Positions 8,577 through 18,733 are shown, counted from the stretch's first letter. The stretch is 64,000 nucleotides of DNA from Terriglobia bacterium (GCA_963664115.2 CAXWPJ010000012.1:256001-320000); one strand, 5' to 3'. Program-made: numbers and translations. Notes: a model not told the origin generated them from the letters alone.

Positions 8577-9884
8577 ATGGCAGACAAACCGAAGAAACCG
8601 GAATTCATTCCCGTCAACGAAGATGATCTCCAACCCGGTCATCGCTGGCACCGGCCGCTTCAGGCACCGGGCACGACACAGGTCGATTTCGAGGAGCGCG
8701 TCGATTTTCGACGCTTGCACCGGTATCGCCTGGCACGCACACGCCAGCAACTCGCAAATTCGGGGCTGGGCGCGGTGCTCTGCTTCGAGCAGGCCAACAT
8801 CCGCTACGTTTCAAGCACGGTCATCGGTGAGTGGGCGCGTGACAAGTTGCTCCGGTATTGCCTGCTCACGGGCACCGGTGACCCCTGGGTCTGGGACATG
8901 GGTTCGGCGGTACTCCACCACAAACTCAACTGCCCGTGGCTCCGGGAAGATCACATGCTTCCCGGCAATCCGGGAATGCGCGGCGCAATCGAGCCCGAGG
9001 TCGGTTTGTTCAAGCTCGCGGCAAAGGAGATCAAGGAGATTCTTCGGAAGGAAGGCGTTGCCGACATGCCGCTGGGCGTCGATCTGGCCGAGCTCCCGAT
9101 GGTATTCGCCTTGCAGGAAGAAGGCATCGATGTGCGTGACGGCCAGCAGACGATGCTCAACGCACGCGTGATCAAGAGCCACGACGAGATCACACTTCTC
9201 AACATCGCAGCGAGCATGGTTGACGGCGTGTACACGGACATCGCTGAAGCTCTCAAGCCGGGAGTCAAGGAAAGCCAGATCGTATCGCTCGCGGCAGGGC
9301 GCTTGTACGAAATGGGATCGGACTGCGTTGAAGCGATCAACGCTATTTCCGGAGAGCGCTGCAGCCCGCATCCGCATAATTTCACCGATAGGCTGATCCG
9401 TCCGGGCGATCAGGCTTACTTCGACATCATCCACTCCTTTATGGGCTACCGTACCTGTTATTACCGCACCTTCACCGTCGGCAGCTCGACGCCCGCGCAG
9501 CGAGACGCGTACAAGCGCGCGCGGGAGTGGATCGACGGTACCATTTCCATGCTCCGGCCCGGTGTCGGCACCGACGAGGCGGCCAAGATGCTTCCCGAGG
9601 CCTCCGAGATCGGTTTCGAGAGCGAGATGTCAGCCTACGGTCTCAACTTCGCCCACGGCCTGGGACTGTCGTTACACGAGCGCCCGCTGATTTCGAGAGT
9701 GAACTCGCTCATCAAGCCCAATGAGTTGCAGGCGGGCATGGTGTTCGCGGTCGAGACTTTCTGTCCGGCCACAGACGGAGTTTCCGCAGCGCGAATCGAG
9801 GAAGAGGTTGTGTTGACGCCCGAAGGAGCCAAGATCATCACGCTGTTCCCGGCACAGGAATTGCCCGTCGCAAATCCCAATTGA
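8577..9884 (+). CDS. M24 family Xaa-Pro peptidase-like protein
   Basis: GGAGG RBS; creatinase-like N-domain; RVIKSHDEI, HGLGLSLHERP, FAVET and RIEEEV motifs. Confidence 0.85.
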   Translation: MADKPKKPEFIPVNEDDLQPGHRWHRPLQAPGTTQVDFEERVDFRRLHRYRLARTRQQLANSGLGAVLCFEQANIRYVSSTVIGEWARDKLLRYCLLTGTGDPWVWDMGSAVLHHKLNCPWLREDHMLPGNPGMRGAIEPEVGLFKLAAKEIKEILRKEGVADMPLGVDLAELPMVFALQEEGIDVRDGQQTMLNARVIKSHDEITLLNIAASMVDGVYTDIAEALKPGVKESQIVSLAAGRLYEMGSDCVEAINAISGERCSPHPHNFTDRLIRPGDQAYFDIIHSFMGYRTCYYRTFTVGSSTPAQRDAYKRAREWIDGTISMLRPGVGTDEAAKMLPEASEIGFESEMSAYGLNFAHGLGLSLHERPLISRVNSLIKPNELQAGMVFAVETFCPATDGVSAARIEEEVVLTPEGAKIITLFPAQELPVANPN

Positions 9885-9900
9885 TCGGCCCGGGTTCGCA

Positions 9901-10080
9901 GGCATTGCGGATGACGGAAGGCTGCTTTATATATCAAGCCTTGGATTCACAGTCTGTCTGAGACTGACGGTCAGTCAAACCTTCGTCAAAGAGCTGAAGA
10001 ACGGGGAAGTTTTTCTCCAGAAGCCGGTCTCGATGGACGACCTGAGGGAAACGGTCCAAACAATTCTGGAGCGTGGCTGA
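9901..10080 (+). pseudogene. Possible C-terminal remnant of a response-regulator receiver domain
   Basis: Reading frame without a canonical start: ...LLYISS...GEVFLQKPVSMDDLRETVQTILERG*. FLQKP plus the following helix resembles receiver beta5-alpha5. Confidence 0.35.
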
Positions 10081-10286
10081 GGCCAATGCGTTGCTCACCG
10101 CCCCCAACAAGCCGTTTGCGGATTCTGACGTTCGGACGCTGAAGGACATCTTGACGCGTGCAGATGAGGATGCACCCTCACCTCAAAACATCAGGGTCCT
10201 GAACGGGTTTCAGAACCGGCCGCAGGGGGGCCATCGCCACAGTCAATGGTAATTGTTACACTCCAGGAGACGCTGGAGATCTCCCA

Positions 10287-10658
10287 ATGCTAGTCGCGGT
10301 CCTGCTCTTCGGGGCAGCAATCACATTGTTGGCGATTCTGGGCTTGGCGAGCCCGGGAAAGCTCAGAAACTTCGTCAGTGGGTTTGGGCGTTCACGGAAT
10401 GGGTTCTACTTCGCTATCGGAATCAGACTGGTCTTTGGAATCATGCTGATCGGGGCCGCGTCCGAATCCCGATTTCCTTTAGGTTTTCAAGTTCTTGGCT
10501 TCGTTTCGTTAGTGGGCGCAGCCGCCGTAGCCATTATCGGGCAAGTCCGAGTGCAACGAATGGTCGAATGGGCGAACGCCCGATCCGATGTCGTCATTCG
10601 TGCATGGGCCCTATGCGCCGCCGCTTTCGGCGCGTTCCTCGTCTATGGAGCTATGTAG
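10287..10658 (+). CDS. Small four-helix membrane protein, hypothetical
   Basis: GGAG RBS; four hydrophobic segments. Confidence 0.6.
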   Translation: MLVAVLLFGAAITLLAILGLASPGKLRNFVSGFGRSRNGFYFAIGIRLVFGIMLIGAASESRFPLGFQVLGFVSLVGAAAVAIIGQVRVQRMVEWANARSDVVIRAWALCAAAFGAFLVYGAM

Positions 10659-10728
10659 GCCAGGTTTGGGAAATGTGCCGATGCCATCCATCAAGCGGTC
10701 CGGACCCTCATAACGGCAGGAGGTTGAG

Positions 10729-11793
10729 ATGTTCACTGCTCGGTATTTCACAGCCCGAATGACATTCGTGATCGGGATTGCTGCGATTCTTTCGATGGGG
10801 AGTCTGTCCGTCGCTCTCGCGCAGACCGAACCGCCTTCGGAGCCTCCCCCCGACTGGGGACCGACGGCCATCGACTATAGCAACGTTCCCTACCCGCATC
10901 CGGTGAGCTATCTCGATGTGAGCCTCAAGGGTGAAGACTATCGCATGGCCTACATGGATGTGGCGCCGCTTGGGCAAGCGAACGGCCAGACTGTGATCCT
11001 CTTCCACGGCATGAACTTCTTCGCGGCAGCGTTCGAAGTGACTATCGATGCCTTACGCAACGAGGGCTTTCGCGTCATCGCTGTGGACCGCCTTGGCTTC
11101 GGACGCTCGTCGAAGCCGGACATCCACTACAACCTCCACATGCCCGCCCGGCATACGAAACAGCTGCTGGACTATCTCGGAATCGAACGCACAGCGATCC
11201 TGGGACACTCGATGGGCGGCATGGTGGCGACGCGATTTGCGTCGACCTATCCGGAAACGACTTCACACCTCGTTCTGGTGAACCAGATCGGCTTGACCGA
11301 CACCCGCCCCGGACGCGAGTGGATCGACCCGCAAGAGGCGTACCAGACGGCGTTGGCCACCACCTATCAGTCGGTGCTCCAAGGACATCGCCGATATTAC
11401 CCGAGAGGCTGGAAGCCCGAGTATCTACATTGGGTGTGGGTTCAATACGGTCTCACCTTGAGCGGTGATTGGCCCCGCATGGCGCGGGTCCGGGCGGCGC
11501 AAAGGATGATCATTTACGAGGACCCCGTCGTCCACGAGTGGCCCTACATCCCCACGAAAGCCCTGGTCATCGGGGGGGCAGAGGACAGGCTCGTGGAGAA
11601 CTACCCGGCGCGTGCGCGTAACGTCGCCCGGCAGCTCCAGAACGCCGAGCTCGTCATCTTCCCCGAGGTCGGACATGCCCCTGCGTTTGACAATCCTGAC
11701 GAGTATCACGCGGAAGTAATCCGCTTCCTGCAGTCTGACCCGGACGCAGCCGCAGATCAGTCCTGGACAGACTCGGACGTCGGCGTGCGCTAG
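10729..11793 (+). CDS. Secreted alpha/beta hydrolase
   Basis: Signal peptide (…VALA|Q); LFHGMN, DRLGFGRS, GHSMGG nucleophile elbow and GHAP motifs. Confidence 0.9.
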   Translation: MFTARYFTARMTFVIGIAAILSMGSLSVALAQTEPPSEPPPDWGPTAIDYSNVPYPHPVSYLDVSLKGEDYRMAYMDVAPLGQANGQTVILFHGMNFFAAAFEVTIDALRNEGFRVIAVDRLGFGRSSKPDIHYNLHMPARHTKQLLDYLGIERTAILGHSMGGMVATRFASTYPETTSHLVLVNQIGLTDTRPGREWIDPQEAYQTALATTYQSVLQGHRRYYPRGWKPEYLHWVWVQYGLTLSGDWPRMARVRAAQRMIIYEDPVVHEWPYIPTKALVIGGAEDRLVENYPARARNVARQLQNAELVIFPEVGHAPAFDNPDEYHAEVIRFLQSDPDAAADQSWTDSDVGVR

Positions 11794-11898
11794 TGTGTTG
11801 TGAACTCTTTGTGCAGTTAGAGACGATCCCGCCCCAGGTGAACGTCGTCGAGAACGGGATTGAGGAACTGTAGCAAACGGCGCCGGTGGGGCAGCAGC

Positions 11899-13095
11899 TC
11901 AGGGTCGTTGGCCTCGCCCGCTGCGCATCTCGTCGAAGGTCAGAAAGCCGTCGCCATTCGCGTCCAGCATCCGGAACATCGCCTCGGGGCCCGTCCACTC
12001 ATCTGAAGAAACCTGTCCGTCACCGTTGGCATCGATGCTCTGGAAGCGAGCCCCGGGATCACCGCCACGCGCTCCCCGTAGCGGTCGACCTCCGCGGGCC
12101 AGACCGGCACCGGCCCTTAGTTCTTCCTCTGCCAAGACGCCGTCACCGTTCTCGTCGAGCAACTCGAACATCGGATCGGGACCGGGGAACTCCTCGGGTG
12201 AGATCCGACCATCGCTGTTGGTGTCCATGCTCTCAAATCGCGCCTGAGGGTTTCCGCCCCGGCCTCGACCACCGAAAGCGCCGCCCTGGATTTCGTCTCG
12301 GGTGAGATAGCCGTCGTCGTTCGTGTCAAAACGGTCGAATGCGTCTCGGTCGCCTTGCCATTCGTCGGCCGAAATCTGGCCGTCCTCATCCGTATCCATG
12401 ACGCCCATTCCCTGGCCGTCGGCCCTCGGTCCCTGGAATCGTCCGCCCCCACCCTGCCGTCCCCGTCCGAACGACCTCTGCACGGGTTGCTGGCCATAGG
12501 GTGTGATGCCGCCCTCCATGGCCACTTCAAGTGCTGCCATGGCTTCGGGAACATTGAAGCCCGCAGGACCGGGAAGCCCCTTGTAGGAAACCCGGCCATC
12601 GCTGCCGATAATGTAGATGCGGTCCGGGAATGCCGCGTAAGCGTTGGCCACGCGGTCGTCGATCTTGTCGAGGATGGTTGGCAGGGTCACCTGTAACGCA
12701 ATCGTACAGAGTTCGGCTGCCTCTCTGCGTTCCGCATCGGTGGTCGGTTGTTCGATCAACACACCTTCGAGGACGTTTCCAACTCCGAGATTCCCGTCGA
12801 CGGGATGGGCTTCGCGGATATAAACAAAGAAGAAGTTGACCCGGTCCTTGTTGTCCTGGTACCAGTTTTCGATGTCGCCGACATCGCGCCTGAACGGACC
12901 TCAGGTATAGCTGGCGAACACCAGTGCGGTGGGTCTTCCCTGAAATTCGGAAAGAGTGATGGCCTGACTGCCGTCTTTAGTATTGAGCGTGAAGTCGGGT
13001 GCCTCATCCCCCGGCATGGGGCCCTGCCCCTGTCTCTGGCCCATTCCCGTCGCCGAGACAGCAAGCAGAAAAACTAAGATTTGCAGAACTCTCAT
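11899..13095 (-). CDS. Secreted iodothyronine deiodinase-like selenoprotein (Sec65) with six C-terminal EF-hand motifs, 398 aa
   Basis: ORFs 12901..13095 and 11899..12762 are in the same frame and joined across TGA 12903-12901: signal peptide...APDFTL...LVFASYT-U-GPFRR...VYIREAHPVDG...AYAAFPDRIYII...GPAGF, then six DxDxDGxxxxxE-type loops. Confidence 0.9.
12870..12886 (-). promoter_or_regulatory. Candidate bacterial SECIS hairpin
   Basis: Perfect 7-bp stem CGAUGUC-GGC-GACAUCG; the loop starts with G at +22 after the UGA. Confidence 0.7.
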
Positions 13096-13194
13096 CGCTG
13101 GACCCCCGAACCTCTCAAGTCGATGCGACCTTGCCTGACCGAACTATATTGACAGTGTAACCGCGCTGTTGGGCCTCAGTACGCGGGCTGAATT

Positions 13195-14055
13195 TCAATC
13201 TCCGCCGTACCGGTTGGAGGGACTCCCCTCCCCATTCATCGGCGCACAGAGCAGGTCGTTGATTCCCGAGAACAATCCGTACCAGCCAAAATTGTTGACC
13301 GGACGAGCGTCGCGCGCCTCTCTTTTCCATGTCTTTATGTCGGAAATCCAGGGCTCGGTGTAATACGCCGGGTCGTCCATGATTAGTTCAAGCTCGATCG
13401 TGTTTTCTTCAGTCAGCGTGTACCGCTCCCTAAACCGAACCGCGTCACTCTTTGGATAACCTGAGGCAGAGAGCCAGGCTCGGCCATCGAGACCGACTGT
13501 CTCAACGACAAGCGTGTTTCCTTCCCAGTGACCGACCGACATTCCCATCCACCCCACCCCGATGTTCGCCAGATTGTCTCCCGAAGGCAGTTCCCGCCCG
13601 TCCATCCAGATCTCGCGTAGCATGCGTTCCTCTTGCCAGATCTGCAGAATTCGGTCCGGAAGCACGATCACTTCGTGATGATCATGGTTGCGGTCGACGA
13701 TGATCCCCGGAAAACCTTTTGGATTACACGTCAGGGCAGGATAGTTGGAATCGGCGGGGTCAGGGGTAATACGAGTCGGAAGATACGTCTCCATCCGCGC
13801 CACGCCTTCCGGCGTCAGGGGAGGGTTCGAGCCATCCGGGCCGTGCCCCCCACTGCCGCCAACCCGGAACCAGATGCCAGAGAAATCGCGCGCATCATAA
13901 GAGGAGTTGTAGGGTGATTCTACAAAGTATTCTCGCGGCAGGTTCCCTGAAGCGTCGAGAATCAGACGTTGAGCCGCCGCGACTCCGGTGACGGCTATGG
14001 AGCCGAAACACAGCACTGCCAAAGGCAACACAAAACTCACGTGACGAATTTTCAT
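13195..14055 (-). CDS. Secreted hypothetical protein related to the C-terminal domain of 15758..16768
   Basis: GGAG RBS; signal peptide; CNPKGFP, REIWMDG, GMSVGHWEGNTLVVET and ERYT motifs. Confidence 0.75.
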   Translation of the reverse strand: MKIRHVSFVLPLAVLCFGSIAVTGVAAAQRLILDASGNLPREYFVESPYNSSYDARDFSGIWFRVGGSGGHGPDGSNPPLTPEGVARMETYLPTRITPDPADSNYPALTCNPKGFPGIIVDRNHDHHEVIVLPDRILQIWQEERMLREIWMDGRELPSGDNLANIGVGWMGMSVGHWEGNTLVVETVGLDGRAWLSASGYPKSDAVRFRERYTLTEENTIELELIMDDPAYYTEPWISDIKTWKREARDARPVNNFGWYGLFSGINDLLCAPMNGEGSPSNRYGGD

Positions 14056-14077
14056 TTGGGACTCCTAATCCGCACTC

Positions 14078-14308
14078 CTATTTTGGCTCGGTTTTCGTGC
14101 TCTTGAGGTTACCCGACTCGTCGATGTCGATCAACGGTTTCCCCTCGAGGCGGCCGACACCGAGACCAACATCGGCCTGAACCGCTTTGCAGAACCCAAG
14201 GAACGGGTGCCACTGCTTTGATTTTGAGTTCAAGGTAACGACGAATCGTTCTTCGCGGACATTGAGCCGATAGTTTCCCAGAAGGCGACTTCTGGGGACC
14301 CGAACCAT
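14078..14308 (-). CDS. Small hypothetical protein (76 aa) with a degraded paralogue near 16.8-17.0 kb
   Basis: TLNSKSKQWHPFLGFCKAVQADV aligns with TLNSKTADWHSFFQFFKSVQSDV encoded at 16916-16794. Confidence 0.45.
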   Translation of the reverse strand: MVRVPRSRLLGNYRLNVREERFVVTLNSKSKQWHPFLGFCKAVQADVGLGVGRLEGKPLIDIDESGNLKSTKTEPK

Positions 14309-14393
14309 GGCTCTTTAGAAGGGCCATCACGGAGGTCAGGCGAATCTCCGAAGTTCACGCGCCATCGCCAAATGGTATGCACGTTCGGGCGGG

Positions 14394-15452
14394 TCAGTCT
14401 TGTCGGGAGCCTCCGAAATACTCCTCTCGATGCCGAACGCGGTAGGCTGGGTCTCTCGTGACGACCTCGATCCTATGCCACTGACCGTCGGCGAGGGAAT
14501 GTCCAGGATAGTATCCGATGCTGTACTGATTCCTGAGTTCGTCGGCGAGTTCGTCGAGGGCTTCCGAGATCTGATTTCGTCGACTGTTGTCCGAGAATCC
14601 CGAAACCAGCCAGGTCCGGCCGCCGCTTATTCTGCCGAATAGTTCTAAAACATCCATGTTCAGTATGTCTCGGGGAACCGTCGTACCGGTCGTTCTCGGA
14701 CCGGTAGGCACGCCGCCAGGAAACGTTGGCGGTGAGCCCCCTGGGAACGGAATTCCTATGGTCGTCCTCGGACCGGTGGCCCCTCCGGTGGGAAACGTCG
14801 GCGGGGTAGCCCCCACTCGCCCGCGGACAACGTTCTCCTGCTCGGGCGCGATGCCCAAGGCGTAGACCATCACTTCTGACTCGCGAACATAACGCTGTGC
14901 CCGCTCGAATGACGTGGTGCTCGCGGTGTCTTCACCGTCGCTGATCAGGAGGATCGCTTTCTTGTCGTGTTTCCCATCCCGAATGTGGTCGACACCCAGA
15001 GCGAGAGCGTCGTAGAGCGCGGTGCCGCCACCCACCCGCACTCTCCGAAGGCCGTTCGCCAAACGGCCCCGGTCGTCAGTGAAATCTTGAATGAGCCGAG
15101 CTCGGTCGTTGAAAGTGATCAGGAAGATCTCGTCATCCGGGTGGATCTGCCTCAAAAACCGCTCGACAGCTTCGGTGGCCGTGTCGATCTTCCGCTCCAT
15201 GCTCCCGCTGGTGTCCAGAAGGACGCCAACGCTCACTGGAAGATCATCCGACTGCGCGAAATGGTCGATGAACTGCACCTCTCCATCTTCGTAGAGGATG
15301 AAATCCTCCGGGATGAGGTCCGCGACATAGCGGCCCCGGTCGTCGAGCACAGTGGCGACCACGTTCACAAGCCCCACATCGACGGTGAGCTGCGCTGCAG
15401 ACAAGACTCCTGCAACAGCCGCCAAGAGAACGATTGGAAGTATCCGGCTCAT
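14394..15452 (-). CDS. Acidobacterial-type VWA domain protein
   Basis: Signal peptide; VDVGLVNVVATV, EDG, DTSGSM (MIDAS), GGTALYDA, ISDGED and ELRNQYSIGY motifs. Confidence 0.9.
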   Translation of the reverse strand: MSRILPIVLLAAVAGVLSAAQLTVDVGLVNVVATVLDDRGRYVADLIPEDFILYEDGEVQFIDHFAQSDDLPVSVGVLLDTSGSMERKIDTATEAVERFLRQIHPDDEIFLITFNDRARLIQDFTDDRGRLANGLRRVRVGGGTALYDALALGVDHIRDGKHDKKAILLISDGEDTASTTSFERAQRYVRESEVMVYALGIAPEQENVVRGRVGATPPTFPTGGATGPRTTIGIPFPGGSPPTFPGGVPTGPRTTGTTVPRDILNMDVLELFGRISGGRTWLVSGFSDNSRRNQISEALDELADELRNQYSIGYYPGHSLADGQWHRIEVVTRDPAYRVRHREEYFGGSRQD

Positions 15453-15757
15453 GAGTGCCTCCCGGTATCCGTTGGGCCTTTAGACCTCGGGAGTGGCCAT
15501 TGGTTTAGTCATTTGTGCGACTAACGTGATGTTTCCCAAGGCGATTTTTGAGGTCAAGTCCCGCGAAATCATCTCGTGGTACGTTGAGCATTACAAAAAA
15601 TGTGGAACTTGAGCCTTTTCTTGCCAATAACCCTTCGACCTCGATAGACTTACCGGAATTTCTCTGTTCTATTTGGCTGCATACAACCGGTCGTTGGAGG
15701 GGAACTGATTTGGCGTCCGTTTCACTGGAACGTTCACGAAATCCTTGGGGGAAAGAC

Positions 15758-16768
15758 ATGCGTCATCCGCGGTTTCTTTGTGCAAGCATCGCCTTACTAT
15801 TGGCTATCGGGCCGATAGCCGCCGCTGCTCATCACTCCGTTGCTGCGCTCTTTGATAGGGATGCGATCATCGAAGCTGAGGGGGAGCTTACTCGTGTGTT
15901 CTGGAGGAATCCGCATGTCCGAATCTGGATGACGGATGCCAACGGAAAAGACTGGCAAATCGAATCGGGCTCTGTTGCTACATTGGAGCGATATGGGATA
16001 ACACGTAATCTATTTGTTGAAGGTCAGATAATCAGAACCGCGGGCAATCCCTCCAGGCGATCGGACGACTCCTTGTACGCAACAAATGTTTTGTTGTCGG
16101 ATGGTAGAGAAGTGCTCATGGGCTTGAACGCAACGGCCCGCTGGTCAAACGAGACCATTGATTTCGAGGAGCGCGATCCGTTAGCAGTGGCCAGCGTGAT
16201 AGCGGCCGAAGAAAGCGCCGATGGGATCTTTCGAGTCTGGAGTACCTCCGAGCCTCAGCGATGGACCGTAAATTTCACCGAGGCGGCAGAGGCCGATAGA
16301 GCCGCGTGGGACGCGATCCGGGATGATCCAAGGTTGCGGTGTATAGCGCCTGGCATGGTGGATGCCATGGTGTCCCCTTATCCGATAGAGCTCGCACTAG
16401 AGAGTGACGACACAATCGTCATCCGGATGGAAGAGTGGGACGGAGTGCGACGGGTTCACATGAACACGCCGAGCCCCGCTGACAACCCTCCGGCAACCGC
16501 GATGGGATACTCGGTGGGTCACTGGGAGAGTAACACCCTAGTTGTGTCGACAAATCGCATCAACTGGCCTTATTTTGACAACGAGGGGACCCCCCAGAGC
16601 GAAGACGTCGAGATCACTGAGCGTTTCACGCTGAGCGAAGACGAGCAGAGTATGAGTTGGGAGGCGATCATAATCGACCCGGCAAACCTGTCTGAGCCTG
16701 CTGTTGTCCGGTTGGGCTACACTTGGGTACCCGGGGAGGAGATTAAGGAATTTAACTGCGCTCTTTGA
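15758..16768 (+). CDS. DUF6152-like secreted protein fused to a beta-rich partner domain
   Basis: Start moved to ATG 15758; signal peptide ending AAA|HHS; WRNPHV motif; C-terminal CIAPG, GYSVGHWESNTLVV, TERF and EFNC. Confidence 0.75.
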   Translation: MRHPRFLCASIALLLAIGPIAAAAHHSVAALFDRDAIIEAEGELTRVFWRNPHVRIWMTDANGKDWQIESGSVATLERYGITRNLFVEGQIIRTAGNPSRRSDDSLYATNVLLSDGREVLMGLNATARWSNETIDFEERDPLAVASVIAAEESADGIFRVWSTSEPQRWTVNFTEAAEADRAAWDAIRDDPRLRCIAPGMVDAMVSPYPIELALESDDTIVIRMEEWDGVRRVHMNTPSPADNPPATAMGYSVGHWESNTLVVSTNRINWPYFDNEGTPQSEDVEITERFTLSEDEQSMSWEAIIIDPANLSEPAVVRLGYTWVPGEEIKEFNCAL

Positions 16769-16793
16769 ATGAAGAGTAGCGAACCGTAGCTGA

Positions 16794-16916
16794 TCAACCG
16801 CAAGGTGTTGTCCCTACCGTTCCTGATTCCTTGAAATCAACATCGCTTTGAACTGATTTGAAGAACTGAAAGAACGAATGCCAGTCCGCCGTTTTCGAGT
16901 TCAAGGTAGCTAACAA
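16794..16916 (-). pseudogene. Degraded paralogue of the 14078..14308 small ORF
   Basis: LLATLNSKTADWHSFFQFFKSVQSDV, preceded by in-frame stops and an upstream NYRLEV matching NYRLNV of the intact copy. Confidence 0.4.
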
Positions 16917-17097
16917 TTATCTTTTCGGAAGTTGACAAACCCGAAACGCTAAGTTTCTGAGTTCCCGACGGACCAGTTTCCCATGGCTGGAGAGTTTTCT
17001 TGCCTACACCTCCAGCCTGTAGTTAACTTTGACGCTGATTCATCGTTGCACGGCTAGATCAGCCGGCTTTGTTTCGCTGCTTGTCAAGGAGGCTCCT

Positions 17098-18042
17098 ATG
17101 AGACGAATCGCATGCATCATTGTCCTGGGATCGCTTTCGATCCTCTCCATCGGAGCCCAGCCTCAAGTGGGCCAGGGCCCGGATTGGGCATTCCAGCGCA
17201 CCGAACCTGACGGGCCCACGAGTCCTGAGGAGACTGGACCGGTCAGCACACCCGGTAGCGCGATAACCTACACGCGTGAACAGATCGGAGATCTGTCCAA
17301 TCCGCCCGACTGGTTCCCCGAGGAGAACGCGCCCAAGCCGGACATCATTCTCCGGGGACATGGAGCGGCATTCGCCTGCGGCTCCTGCCATCTGATGAGT
17401 GGACTCGGCCATCCTGAATCCGCCGATCTCGCAGGTCTTCCAAGTTCATATATCGTTCGACAGCTCGAGGACTTCAGGAGCGGTGTGCGCTTGGACTTTT
17501 CCCGGATGAACACCATCGCGGCGGCAATGACGGATGAGGAGATGCGGCAAGCGGCCGACTGGTTCTCAAGTTTGAGGCCCACCCCCTGGAACAGAGTCGT
17601 CGAAACCGATACCGTGCCGAGGACCTATGTCGGCGAAGGCCGCATGCGCTTCGCTCAACCGGATGGAACGACGGAGCCGATCGGCAACCGCATCATCACG
17701 TTGCCCGAAGACCCTGCCCGGGCCAGGAACCGCGACCCGAAGTCGGGCTTCATCGCCTACGTGCCTCCCGGAACGCTCGCCCGGGGAGAAGATCTGGTGA
17801 GGAATGGGGCCGGGGGCAGGACGATCGCGTGCACCATCTGTCACGGCGACGACCTCCGGGGTCTGGCCGACGTGCCGCGGCTCGCCGGCCTCCATTCGAT
17901 CTACCTCGCCCGCCAGCTTCATCTCTATCAGAACGGCGAGAGAGACGGTCTCGGCGCCGAGCTGATGGACCAGCCCATGGAGCAGCTGGACGACGAAGAC
18001 ATCGTGGCGATTTCGGCGTATCTCGGTTCCTTGGCTCCCTGA
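17098..18042 (+). CDS. Diheme cytochrome c (c4/c553-like)
   Basis: AGGAGG RBS; signal peptide; CGSCH and CTICH heme-attachment motifs; LAGL...Y...QL in both domains. Confidence 0.9.
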   Translation: MRRIACIIVLGSLSILSIGAQPQVGQGPDWAFQRTEPDGPTSPEETGPVSTPGSAITYTREQIGDLSNPPDWFPEENAPKPDIILRGHGAAFACGSCHLMSGLGHPESADLAGLPSSYIVRQLEDFRSGVRLDFSRMNTIAAAMTDEEMRQAADWFSSLRPTPWNRVVETDTVPRTYVGEGRMRFAQPDGTTEPIGNRIITLPEDPARARNRDPKSGFIAYVPPGTLARGEDLVRNGAGGRTIACTICHGDDLRGLADVPRLAGLHSIYLARQLHLYQNGERDGLGAELMDQPMEQLDDEDIVAISAYLGSLAP

Positions 18043-18084
18043 GGTCATCCAACCTGGCGGAGAGTTCATAGTAAGGGTAGGGTG

Positions 18085-18287
18085 GGCGGCAGCGAAGACG
18101 GCTCCGTTTCGCCGTAGCCCTCTGCACGCAGGGGTCTTCGGGTTGCAGGCGCGAAGTGAGGAGCGGCCACCGAGGTTTGAAACCGAGGCCGCGGGCGGCG
18201 TCTTATCATCGTGACCGACGAGGGACAAAGCCTGTGGCCCGAAACCCCCAGCGCGCGGCCCTCGACACTTCTGCGACGGGCTGTTAG
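18085..18287. mobile_element. Right part of a MITE-like element with terminal inverted repeat
   Basis: Ends in CCCTCGACACTTCTGCGACGGGCTGTTAG, nearly the reverse complement of the start of the 22005 element; 18085-18153 closely matches 22130-22196. Confidence 0.6.
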
Positions 18288-18733
18288 GTCGCTTTCGTTT
18301 TACGATTGTCCAGAGCCAGCCAGTTGTATCGGCGAAACGCCAACAAAATCCAGCAGTACACCCCGTAGTGCATCATGAGATGCGCGCCTTCCCAGTTCTG
18401 TCGCACAGTATGTCCATACATCAGGACGGTAAAGAGCAAGAGGCTTCCCAGTACCGCCCGCTGGGTCAATAAACCGAGGAGGAGACACGTACCGATGATA
18501 AATTCGACGAATGGGATCAGATAAAGGGCAAAATGAACCATTGGCATCGGCAAATAAGTATTAACGAAGGTCTCTGCCAACGGCTGTTCCCATGCGGTGA
18601 TGCCGGTGAGAAATCGCATCAGCCCATGATTAAACAAATTCATCCCCAAAAAGATGCGCAGGAACAAGTAACCGAGTTCCATGTTCCTGGGAGATCCTGG
18701 ACCCGCAAATCGATCCTCTAAAATACTCGTCAT
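18284..18733 (-). CDS. DoxX family membrane protein
   Basis: LRIFLG..LFNHG, EFIIG..LLLGLLT motifs; four TM helices; AAGG RBS before ATG 18733. Confidence 0.85.
   Translation of the reverse strand: MTSILEDRFAGPGSPRNMELGYLFLRIFLGMNLFNHGLMRFLTGITAWEQPLAETFVNTYLPMPMVHFALYLIPFVEFIIGTCLLLGLLTQRAVLGSLLLFTVLMYGHTVRQNWEGAHLMMHYGVYCWILLAFRRYNWLALDNRKTKAT

Noticed and set aside
9934-10149. 71-aa minus-strand ORF as a gene
   Set aside because: No motif; the opposite strand reads better as a receiver-domain fragment.
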